Shown piece by piece: positions 25,623 to 32,000 of a DNA stretch of 32,000 nt. The translations under genes were made by a program, and so were the position numbers. This DNA is from Candidatus Electrothrix yaqonensis (GTDB lineage: Bacteria > Desulfobacterota > Desulfobulbia > Desulfobulbales > Desulfobulbaceae). Below the pieces are notes generated by a model that ran no database searches, was not told the origin of the DNA, and saw only the letters and a program-made list of their open reading frames with translations. The DNA lies in assembly GCA_047651235.1 (NCBI GenBank), contig CP178758.1:3120001-3152000 (forward strand), in the 5' to 3' direction. Position 1 is the first letter of the stretch, and every line of letters begins with the position of its first letter.

Positions 25623-26776
25623 TGCGCACAGGGAACGCCTGCCCGGTCTGCAGTCTGCAGGGACTGCCGCCCGACATTGAAAAATGCCCCCAGTGTGATG
25701 CGGATCTGACCTGTTTTCAGGCTCTGGATACCCTAGCTGAACACAACAGTGCCGACAGAGCTGACAACGCCGAGGCTGCGGAACAGAAATCTTCATCAGA
25801 CAACCGCGCTGCCGTTTTTCTGCTTCTGTTGCTGCTGGTCCTGCTTTCTCTCCTGTTCCTCTTTTTTTTCTTCAGGACAAGCAATCGTGTTCTGATGCTG
25901 GATCAGCAGGTAACTGCATTGAAGGCTGAAATGCAGACGGCAAAGCAGGCGGACAGGAAGCAGAACCCGGAACAGAACAAAGCTGCGGCAATATGTGCGC
26001 TCCCGGTGCAGCAGCCCAAGGCAAAGGAAAAAGAAGAGTGGGAGAAAGATCCCGACGCTGAGCACAAAGAACAAAATCAGGAAACAAAGGAGGAAGCGCA
26101 GGCCGATGGAGTTGCTGCGGTAACCTCCTCCGGGGACAGGCTGCGGAAAGGCCGAGCTGGAAACGTGCAGCAAAGAGAACAAAGCAGTAGAATAAACGTG
26201 ATAACCATTGTAAACGTTGCCGAACCTGCAGCAAAAGTTACAATCGCAAAGAGTACGGTAGAAGAACCGGCAACCCTGCAGGCACAGAAGGTTGTAAAAA
26301 CAGCAGAACCGGACTTATCGGATCTGCCGGAATCCAAAGCAGGCAGCGGGGCAAGCGGAAAGCCGACAGCAGCGCTGCCTGTCCTGCAGCCGCCCCCGGC
26401 CCGGCGATGGCCGGACAGTACCTTTTTATATCAGACCGGGCAGGGTGATACGGTATGGGGGATTGCCGAGCATTTTTACGGGGACGGCAGATACTATCCC
26501 GTGATTATGGAGCAGAATCCGGACCTTGTGATCAGCAGAGTCAGCAAGGAACAGATTCTCCGGCTGTTGAGCGACCGGAGCGCGCTGCGGAACTTTTATG
26601 CCCGCCGGATAGAACGGCGGGACGGTCTGCTGGTCTGGAAGCATGAGATACTTGCTGGTGAGACCCGGCAATCCATTCAGGCCCGTTTTGCACCGCCCGG
26701 TTCTTCCGGCAGAGTTTTCTATGCGCAAAATCCAGCGATTGTTCCCGGCAGAATAGTGAGGATTATTCTCCAGTAG
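25622..26776 (+). CDS. Zinc-ribbon / single-TM / coiled-coil / low-complexity / tandem LysM-like envelope protein
   Basis: The start overlaps the Hsp70 stop (TAATG). Contains CPVCS...CPQCD, TM helix AVFLLLLLLVLLSLLFLFFFF, and a K/E/Q-rich spacer. LysM-like segments are GDTVWGIAEHFYGDGRYYPVIMEQNPDL and AGETRQSIQARF...YAQNPAIVPGRIVRI. Confidence 0.7.
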   Translation: MRTGNACPVCSLQGLPPDIEKCPQCDADLTCFQALDTLAEHNSADRADNAEAAEQKSSSDNRAAVFLLLLLLVLLSLLFLFFFFRTSNRVLMLDQQVTALKAEMQTAKQADRKQNPEQNKAAAICALPVQQPKAKEKEEWEKDPDAEHKEQNQETKEEAQADGVAAVTSSGDRLRKGRAGNVQQREQSSRINVITIVNVAEPAAKVTIAKSTVEEPATLQAQKVVKTAEPDLSDLPESKAGSGASGKPTAALPVLQPPPARRWPDSTFLYQTGQGDTVWGIAEHFYGDGRYYPVIMEQNPDLVISRVSKEQILRLLSDRSALRNFYARRIERRDGLLVWKHEILAGETRQSIQARFAPPGSSGRVFYAQNPAIVPGRIVRIILQ

Positions 26777-26875
26777 CAGGAGGTACCTGACAGGTACTGC
26801 CGTACTCTGCCTGTTTTTTCGTATTTTCAGCCAACTTCCGGGAGACAAGAGGGAGACAGAGAAGAGCAGGAGCCT

Positions 26876-27742
26876 ATGCAGGAAACCAGTCAGCAAGAGA
26901 TAAATAAAAAGATAACCGAATACTACAGGGCGCTTACCCCGGCCTATGAAAAGTACTCTGTGCAGTCGAACAATATTCACTACGGCTACTGGGAGAAAAC
27001 CGCCCGGACAAAATCGCACAGGGAAGCTCTGGAGCACATGAACGCCTTTGTGGCAAAAGCTGCTCAGGTACAGGCCGGAGACAGGGTGCTTGACGCAGGC
27101 TGCGGCATGGGCGGCAGTTCAGTCTGGCTGGCAAAGATATTCGGCTGCCGAGTGACCGGCATAACGCTCTGCAGTGAACATATTCCCCTTGCGGAACGCT
27201 TTGCCCGTGAACATAAGGTGGAGCATCTGGTGCAGTTTTTCTGTAGAGACTTTGCCGACACCGGTTTTGAGTCAGCATCGTTTGATCTGGTCTGGGTCCT
27301 GGAAAGCTGCTGTTACGCTGCCGATAAACGGGATTTCATCGCAGAGTCGGCCCGATTGCTGCAATCCGGAGGGCGTCTGATTGTTGCGGACGGCTTTCTG
27401 CAGAAAACAGCGCTTTCTGCAGAAGAACAGAAAATGTTAGATTGCTGGATGCACGGCTGGGCAGTACCGAATGTCATAAGTCCGGACCAGTTCGGCCGAC
27501 ACCTTGAAGACTGCGGATTTGAACATATAACTTTTTCTGATATAACAAAAAATATCATGATGACTTCGCTGTGGATGCACCGGTTTGCCAAGCTGATCTA
27601 TCCGGCAGCGCGCATTATGGTCAAGCTCGGTTTCTGGCCTGAGCAGAAAAAAGGACACTGGCAGGCGGCGTTGAAACAATTCCATCTCTTTGCGGATCAT
27701 ATCGGTTGCTATGGCCTTTTTCAGGCGCGCAAAATCGGCTGA
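26876..27742 (+). CDS. Class I SAM-dependent methyltransferase
   Basis: Motif I VLDAGCGMGGSS, then IHYGYWE and LLQSGGRLIVAD. Substrate unknown. Confidence 0.85.
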   Translation: MQETSQQEINKKITEYYRALTPAYEKYSVQSNNIHYGYWEKTARTKSHREALEHMNAFVAKAAQVQAGDRVLDAGCGMGGSSVWLAKIFGCRVTGITLCSEHIPLAERFAREHKVEHLVQFFCRDFADTGFESASFDLVWVLESCCYAADKRDFIAESARLLQSGGRLIVADGFLQKTALSAEEQKMLDCWMHGWAVPNVISPDQFGRHLEDCGFEHITFSDITKNIMMTSLWMHRFAKLIYPAARIMVKLGFWPEQKKGHWQAALKQFHLFADHIGCYGLFQARKIG

Positions 27743-29420
27743 GAGCTGTCCTCCGCAGCATAAGGAGCACGGGTCACGTTCTCCGGCAGAGCTGTATGAT
27801 GCGGGCTTTGCCCTGGCGCAGGCAGGCAGGTTGGCGGAGTGTCTGCATTGCTGGCACCGGATACCGTCGTATGCGCCTGAGTTTGTTGCCCAGAAAAACA
27901 CGCTGGCTGCTCTGCTGATCCGGAAATGGGCGGACCGGCTCGTTCAGGAGGGAGATCCACTGGAACAGGTTGAGGAAATCCGACAGCAGCTTGATGCCCT
28001 GACAGACTTTGCGCTTGATCCTGTGCAGATAACGGGCCGGGATGAACTGGTCAGCTGCTGCCAGTCTCTGCATCTGGTCCGGCTCTGGCAGGAGGGACGG
28101 AACCGGGAAATTCTGCAGACAGCAGCCGGACAGGAACTGCTACATCCCACAGTGCTGGAAATCCGGGCCAAGGCAGCCTATCAGGTCCTAGCAGCCTACG
28201 GGGCACAGACATTACCGGCTGAGGTACGGCAGTTCATTGACTGCTGGCTCTCAGCCCTGTTCCATCCCGCAGTTCTTCGGACCTTACCGGGCGGCAAGGG
28301 TGAGATGGGGGAGAAGGAAGAGCAGCGGCAGAAACTGCTTGCTCTCGGCAGGAACATGGTCTGCCGATATGCCGGGCAGCAGCAGGCAGACAGCGGTAAG
28401 CAGTTTACCCGGCAGTGGGAAGAGGAGCTTGCCCTGCTTGAAATATTGCAGAGTGCAGCCTTGCCTCCGGAAGCTGAGCAGACGCTCCCTGTACCTTCTG
28501 TATATACCCCGGCCTTGGCCTGGCAGACAGGAACAGCCGATAAGCTCTGTGCCATAGTACGAAGCTGTCAGGAAAAATTCGCAGACAATGAACAGTATCT
28601 GGCAGTAGGGGCAGCCTATTCATTAGCCGGTCCTGCGCTCCTCATGGTGCGAAGCGGCCAATATGACGAAGCGGCTGCTGAACTTATTCAGCTGGATAAC
28701 CTGCCGGAAAAAGAAAGCCCGGATTCGTTTATTTTTATTGCTTACGGACTGGTCAGAGCGGCTCTGGACAGCGGGTGCCATTATCTGGATGTCGGCAGGC
28801 ATCAGGAGGCGGAAAAAATATTACTTTTTGTTCTTCCGCTGGTCCCCGATTTTCCCTCTCTTCAAGAGCAGCTGCTCGCAATGCTTGCCGAAGAAGATGC
28901 ATACGATGATGCCGACAGGGTGGCAGTGGCCGTCAATTGTCTGACAGAACTGCACAGGACAGCCGTCTCGGATGAAATCAGCAGAGCACTCAGTTCCGTC
29001 CTGACCAGACAGGTGATTCTGCAGCACAGTGCAGGCGCGACACCCGGCGATGTGCTGCTCCAAACCATAAAAAAGGCTGTTGAGCTGAACCCTGAGGATG
29101 CCTTTGCCCGCATGACCCTTGACGATATCAGGGCGGACCTGGAAATAGCTGAAATGCGGCAGGCCGTGATTGACGGCAAACTGGCGCGGGCCGCCGGGAT
29201 CGCAGAAAAAAGCAGGTATCCGCAGGTAAACGAACAGTTTTTTCACTTTGCCGCTCAGGTGGTTGAGCAGATTGCAGCAGGAGATTACCCTGATCCGGAG
29301 ACAGCCGTGCTGCTGCTCCGGCAGCTTCTGGAACATGTTCTGCAGCTCAACCCTGCGCATGCGGTAGTGCAGGAGGTCGAGTGTCTCCTGTATGACCTGG
29401 AAGATCAACTGGAGTTCTGA
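27690..29420 (+). CDS. Large all-helical TPR-like repeat protein (start uncertain: ATG at 27690 or 27711, both overlapping the methyltransferase gene)
   Basis: 576-aa ORF with TPR-like segments (AELYDAGFALAQAGRLAECL, SGQYDEAAAEL, VGRHQEAEKIL, AVELNPEDAFA). No catalytic motif recognised. Confidence 0.65.
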   Translation: MRIISVAMAFFRRAKSAESCPPQHKEHGSRSPAELYDAGFALAQAGRLAECLHCWHRIPSYAPEFVAQKNTLAALLIRKWADRLVQEGDPLEQVEEIRQQLDALTDFALDPVQITGRDELVSCCQSLHLVRLWQEGRNREILQTAAGQELLHPTVLEIRAKAAYQVLAAYGAQTLPAEVRQFIDCWLSALFHPAVLRTLPGGKGEMGEKEEQRQKLLALGRNMVCRYAGQQQADSGKQFTRQWEEELALLEILQSAALPPEAEQTLPVPSVYTPALAWQTGTADKLCAIVRSCQEKFADNEQYLAVGAAYSLAGPALLMVRSGQYDEAAAELIQLDNLPEKESPDSFIFIAYGLVRAALDSGCHYLDVGRHQEAEKILLFVLPLVPDFPSLQEQLLAMLAEEDAYDDADRVAVAVNCLTELHRTAVSDEISRALSSVLTRQVILQHSAGATPGDVLLQTIKKAVELNPEDAFARMTLDDIRADLEIAEMRQAVIDGKLARAAGIAEKSRYPQVNEQFFHFAAQVVEQIAAGDYPDPETAVLLLRQLLEHVLQLNPAHAVVQEVECLLYDLEDQLEF

Positions 29421-29704
29421 TGAATCCCTATAAACTGCTCAACGTTACCCCGGAGGCCACACCGCAGGATATTGTCCGGGCCTCTGTCCTGGCCCTGCAG
29501 GAGCGGCAGCATGCTGCCCGTGATATTGCCAAGGCCCGCAAACAGCTGATGAATCCGGCAACCAAGTTGATTCTTGACTTTGTCTATTCTGTTGACTCCG
29601 AGCCGTTTATCCGGGAGGCGATCGAAAAACTTACAGCCGGAGAAGAAGAGGTACCGAAGATTGAAGATATGGAGCGGCTTGATATTTTCGCCTGTCAGGC
29701 ATGA
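29420..29704 (+). CDS. Small J-domain-like protein lacking the HPD motif
   Basis: TGATG overlap with the upstream gene. NPYKLLNVTPEATPQDIVRA...DIAKARKQLMNP mimics J-domain helices I-III, but the HPD loop is absent. Confidence 0.5.
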   Translation: MNPYKLLNVTPEATPQDIVRASVLALQERQHAARDIAKARKQLMNPATKLILDFVYSVDSEPFIREAIEKLTAGEEEVPKIEDMERLDIFACQA

Positions 29705-30177
29705 AGAGAAAAGAAGATAAACAGCTGGTTGCCCCGGACGCGCTGGTGCGGGAAAGGCTGGTCGCTTTTCAGCGGGAAATCGCTGAGCTCAGGCGGAACA
29801 GCCGGGAACAGGAAGAGGCATTCCGCAGCCGGGAACAGGATTTACTGCTCAGTCTTTTTGAGGTGCTGGATGCCTTTGACAATGTGGAAAGAAATCTCCA
29901 AGGCAAAGAGGAGCTCCTCGGAAAAACCGGACGCCGTCTGCTGAACAATACCCGCGCTATCAACCGGAAACTGCTGCGTCTGCTCCGATCCCGCCAGATT
30001 GAACCGCTGGACCTGCAGGACAGCAAAGCCCGGATGGAGCAGTGCCGGGTTGTTGCCACCCGGCCCGATCCGGAACGGGAGAATGCAGAAATTATCCTAG
30101 TTGAAAAAAAAGGTTATGTCGATACAGCGCAGAATCAGGTGCTCCGCAAGGCCGAGGTGGTGACAGTACGGAACTGA
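29701..30177 (+). CDS. GrpE-like nucleotide exchange factor
   Basis: ATGA overlap with the upstream gene. The coiled-coil N-terminus is followed by LFEVLDAFDNVERNL (GrpE LPVIDSLDRAL block). The C-terminal beta domain is ILVEKKGYVDTAQNQVLRKAEVVTV (GrpE KGY..G..lR.A.V.V block). Confidence 0.75.
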   Translation: MKRKEDKQLVAPDALVRERLVAFQREIAELRRNSREQEEAFRSREQDLLLSLFEVLDAFDNVERNLQGKEELLGKTGRRLLNNTRAINRKLLRLLRSRQIEPLDLQDSKARMEQCRVVATRPDPERENAEIILVEKKGYVDTAQNQVLRKAEVVTVRN

Positions 30178-30290
30178 TTATCGCAGGTTCCGCTGCCAGT
30201 ACCCGCCCCGGGAAGTAAGGATCAGCCTGCTTTTTTCACTTTCTCTGTTCAGCCTGCTGCTGCCCGCTCACTCAGATGAACCGCGAGCTT

Positions 30291-30557
30291 TTATCGAACC
30301 ATTTTGGTTAACTTTATATAAATAATCTTCTTCTTTCCTCCCTCACAGCTTCCCACAATCTTCCCCTGAGTAACGATGCCTTGTTCCACTTCCCAAGTAT
30401 AGACAATATCCAGTATATATGATTTCACTCCTGCGGCATTGATCTTCTCGGCGATCTCTGCTTTAAGTTCTTCACAGGACTTTATTGCAGCATATACCTG
30501 ACCGCTCCCCAAAAGCACCATTAACAATCCAACAACAAAACTCTTCATAACACTCAT
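30291..30557 (-). CDS. Small secreted protein, DUF1161-like
   Basis: Signal peptide present. The pattern C-x2-LKAEI..KI...GV..Y.L.IV......G.IVGSCEGG.KKI.Y is typical of DUF1161. SD GGGGGA lies 7 nt upstream. Confidence 0.65.
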   Translation of the reverse strand: MSVMKSFVVGLLMVLLGSGQVYAAIKSCEELKAEIAEKINAAGVKSYILDIVYTWEVEQGIVTQGKIVGSCEGGKKKIIYIKLTKMVR

Positions 30558-30647
30558 AACAGTATCCCCCTTTTATTTTTTGTAAAAATGCTGACGCAGT
30601 CGGCGAAGACACCTCTGTCCCCTGCCCGCTACCTTCTTTAATTTCAA

Positions 30648-31148
30648 TCAAATACACCGGTCAGAACCTGCAGCTTCCCGGAGCCACTGTTCAACTTGGA
30701 TCGGCAAGGGCTGTCTGCCTGCACTTTTTACTGTGCCGTTGATCATCAACGCCGGGGTCATAGTGACACCGGCCCGCCCGATTTCATCCGGATCATAAAT
30801 CTGTTCGATATCAGCAGCCAGCTGCAGCCGGTCAAGGATATCAAGAATAAGGGTCTGCAGACTGCTGCAGCTGACGCAGCCGGTCCCGAAAATACGGATA
30901 ACCAGGGCTGTGTCCTCCTGCGGTTCTGCACCGCAGTGCCTGCGGTACACCTCCAGCAGGGCCTGCCGGTATTTTTCCTCGCTGCCGGAAGGTATATAGT
31001 TATCTCTGCTGATTTCCGTAAAAAGAAAATGTACAGCCTCCTGCTCATCAACCTGCTGCCGGGCAATACTGTTCAGAGCAGTATCCAGACCGAGGAGACC
31101 GATACTGACCTTGCCGATACGTATAAACCGTGGAGCTGCCGCGTCCAT
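30648..31148 (-). CDS. Thioredoxin-fold protein (MTH895/redox-active disulfide protein 2-like C-terminal domain) with an unknown N-terminal domain
   Basis: IRIFGTGCVSCSSL...TMTPALMINGTVKSAGRQP matches the small CxxC thioredoxin_3-type fold. The N-terminal 80 aa are unassigned. Confidence 0.65.
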   Translation of the reverse strand: MDAAAPRFIRIGKVSIGLLGLDTALNSIARQQVDEQEAVHFLFTEISRDNYIPSGSEEKYRQALLEVYRRHCGAEPQEDTALVIRIFGTGCVSCSSLQTLILDILDRLQLAADIEQIYDPDEIGRAGVTMTPALMINGTVKSAGRQPLPIQVEQWLREAAGSDRCI

Positions 31149-31169
31149 ATTTTTTCTCTGCCTGTCCAG

Positions 31170-31853
31170 TTAACCGTTGATCACGGCAAGCATCCGGTTA
31201 ATAACCTCATCTACAGCCAGCTGCGATGAATCAATCAGCACGGCGTCTTCGGCTATGATCAGCGGGGCAATCGTGCGTTCCCGATCATTCCGGTCCCGTG
31301 CAATAATCTGAGCCAGAATCTCCTGTTCATCTACCTGCTCTCCCCGTTTGCGTAACTGCCCGACCCGGCGGCGGCACCGCTCTTCCGGGGAGGCATCCAG
31401 ATAAAATTTCCAGGCCGCATCAGGAAAGACAACCGTGCCGGTGTCCCGGCCGTCCGCAACCAGCTGCCCGGCCTGCCCCATTTCCTGCTGCATTGCGGTC
31501 AGGCGGGCCCGCACTGCCGGAACCGCTGAAACCGCAGAGGCAGCCATGCTCATTTCCGGGCTGCGGATAGCCGCGCTGATATCCTCTCCGGCCAGCAGCA
31601 CCCGCACATCCAGCCCGGTCTCCACAGGGGGGAGCAGTCGGAGAGCAAGTTTTTCCAGCAGCAGAGCCAGAGCATCTTGCTGATCGGCACTTTCCGCCCT
31701 GATCCCGGCTTGAGCGCAGGCATAGGCCACAGCCCGGTACATAGCACCGGTATCCAGATAGGTATAGCCCAGTGCATCGGCCAGTCTGCGGCTGACCGTG
31801 GATTTGCCCACTCCGGACGGGCCGTCAATGGTGACCACCTCCAATTTTGCCAC
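31170..31853 (-). CDS. cmk: Cytidylate kinase
   Basis: Contains VVTIDGPSGVGKSTVSRRLADALGYTYLDTGAMYRAV. The start is placed at GTG 31853, after the hisC stop at 31888. The tracked ATG at 31934 would overlap hisC by 47 nt. Confidence 0.85.
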   Translation of the reverse strand: MAKLEVVTIDGPSGVGKSTVSRRLADALGYTYLDTGAMYRAVAYACAQAGIRAESADQQDALALLLEKLALRLLPPVETGLDVRVLLAGEDISAAIRSPEMSMAASAVSAVPAVRARLTAMQQEMGQAGQLVADGRDTGTVVFPDAAWKFYLDASPEERCRRRVGQLRKRGEQVDEQEILAQIIARDRNDRERTIAPLIIAEDAVLIDSSQLAVDEVINRMLAVING

Positions 31854-31887
31854 AGCCTTTCCCTGCTGCTCAGATTGCTCAAACTGT

Positions 31888-32000
31888 TTAGACACAACCC
31901 AGCTCCTGCAGACAGGTAGCCAGTGCAATAACAAAACGCTGGTTCTCTTCCTGCGTTCCCACGGTGATACGGATAAAATTCGGATAACCGTACGCCTTCA
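31888..32000 (-). CDS. hisC: Histidinol-phosphate aminotransferase, C-terminal 36 codons (partial at window edge)
   Basis: The minus frame reads KAYGYPNFIRITVGTQEENQRFVIALATCLQELGCV*. The FIRITVGT.EEN ending is characteristic of HisC. Confidence 0.6.
   Translation of the reverse strand, partial: KAYGYPNFIRITVGTQEENQRFVIALATCLQELGCV

Noticed and set aside
25862-25869. T8 homopolymer inside the Zn-ribbon/TM/LysM gene as a phase-variation switch
   Set aside because: It simply encodes the FFF run of the TM helix within a CT-rich hydrophobic segment. With a single tract and no supporting evidence, the idea is untestable from one sequence.

Overview
This is a 32-kb chromosomal segment with about 30 protein genes and 2 tRNAs. 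Gene content suggests an anaerobic, Sec-using Desulfobacterota-like bacterium; that is an inference only, since no search was possible. The content pointing that way is ablAB, a NrfD/FeS/tetraheme-cytochrome module, a HesB-like selenoprotein and a large dCache/PAS hybrid kinase. The housekeeping backbone is ablA(partial)-ablB, lysS, gatB, a split RdgC-like pair, tRNA-Lys(UUU), tRNA-Glu(UUC), a PBP4-like peptidase, pfk, an EndoIII-like gene, cmk and hisC(partial). Three accessory-looking modules interrupt it. (1) At 23280-30177 lies a tightly coupled operon: an atypical Hsp70 with an inserted zinc ribbon, a zinc-ribbon/TM/LysM envelope protein, a SAM methyltransferase, a TPR-like scaffold, an HPD-less J-like protein and a GrpE-like protein. 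It amounts to a private Hsp70 cycle wired to unusual partners, and I rank it the best candidate for an undescribed system. (2) At 2223-4508 lie a small TM protein, a STAND-type P-loop NTPase and a winged-helix+TPR protein, appended directly to lysS. All three ORFs share one reading frame and are separated only by TGA plus 1-2 codons, so the conceptual read-through product has an Avs/NLR-like effector-NTPase-sensor architecture. (3) At 8041-9396 lies a TIR domain fused to a right-handed beta-helix; its beta-helix half is AT-richer than flanking gatB in spot counts, and it is wedged between the RdgC-like genes and gatB. Also notable: an in-frame UGA in an IscA/HesB-like gene, aligned with the cluster-ligand Cys and followed by a SECIS-like hairpin. 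Several families of short dispersed or tandem repeats are present (a 23-nt hairpin array, a 99-bp MITE-like element, and 25-nt and 14-nt dispersed motifs). There are decayed gene fragments next to the tRNAs and next to module 2. No CRISPR array, rRNA, intact transposase or integrase was seen. All family assignments come from motif recognition by eye.
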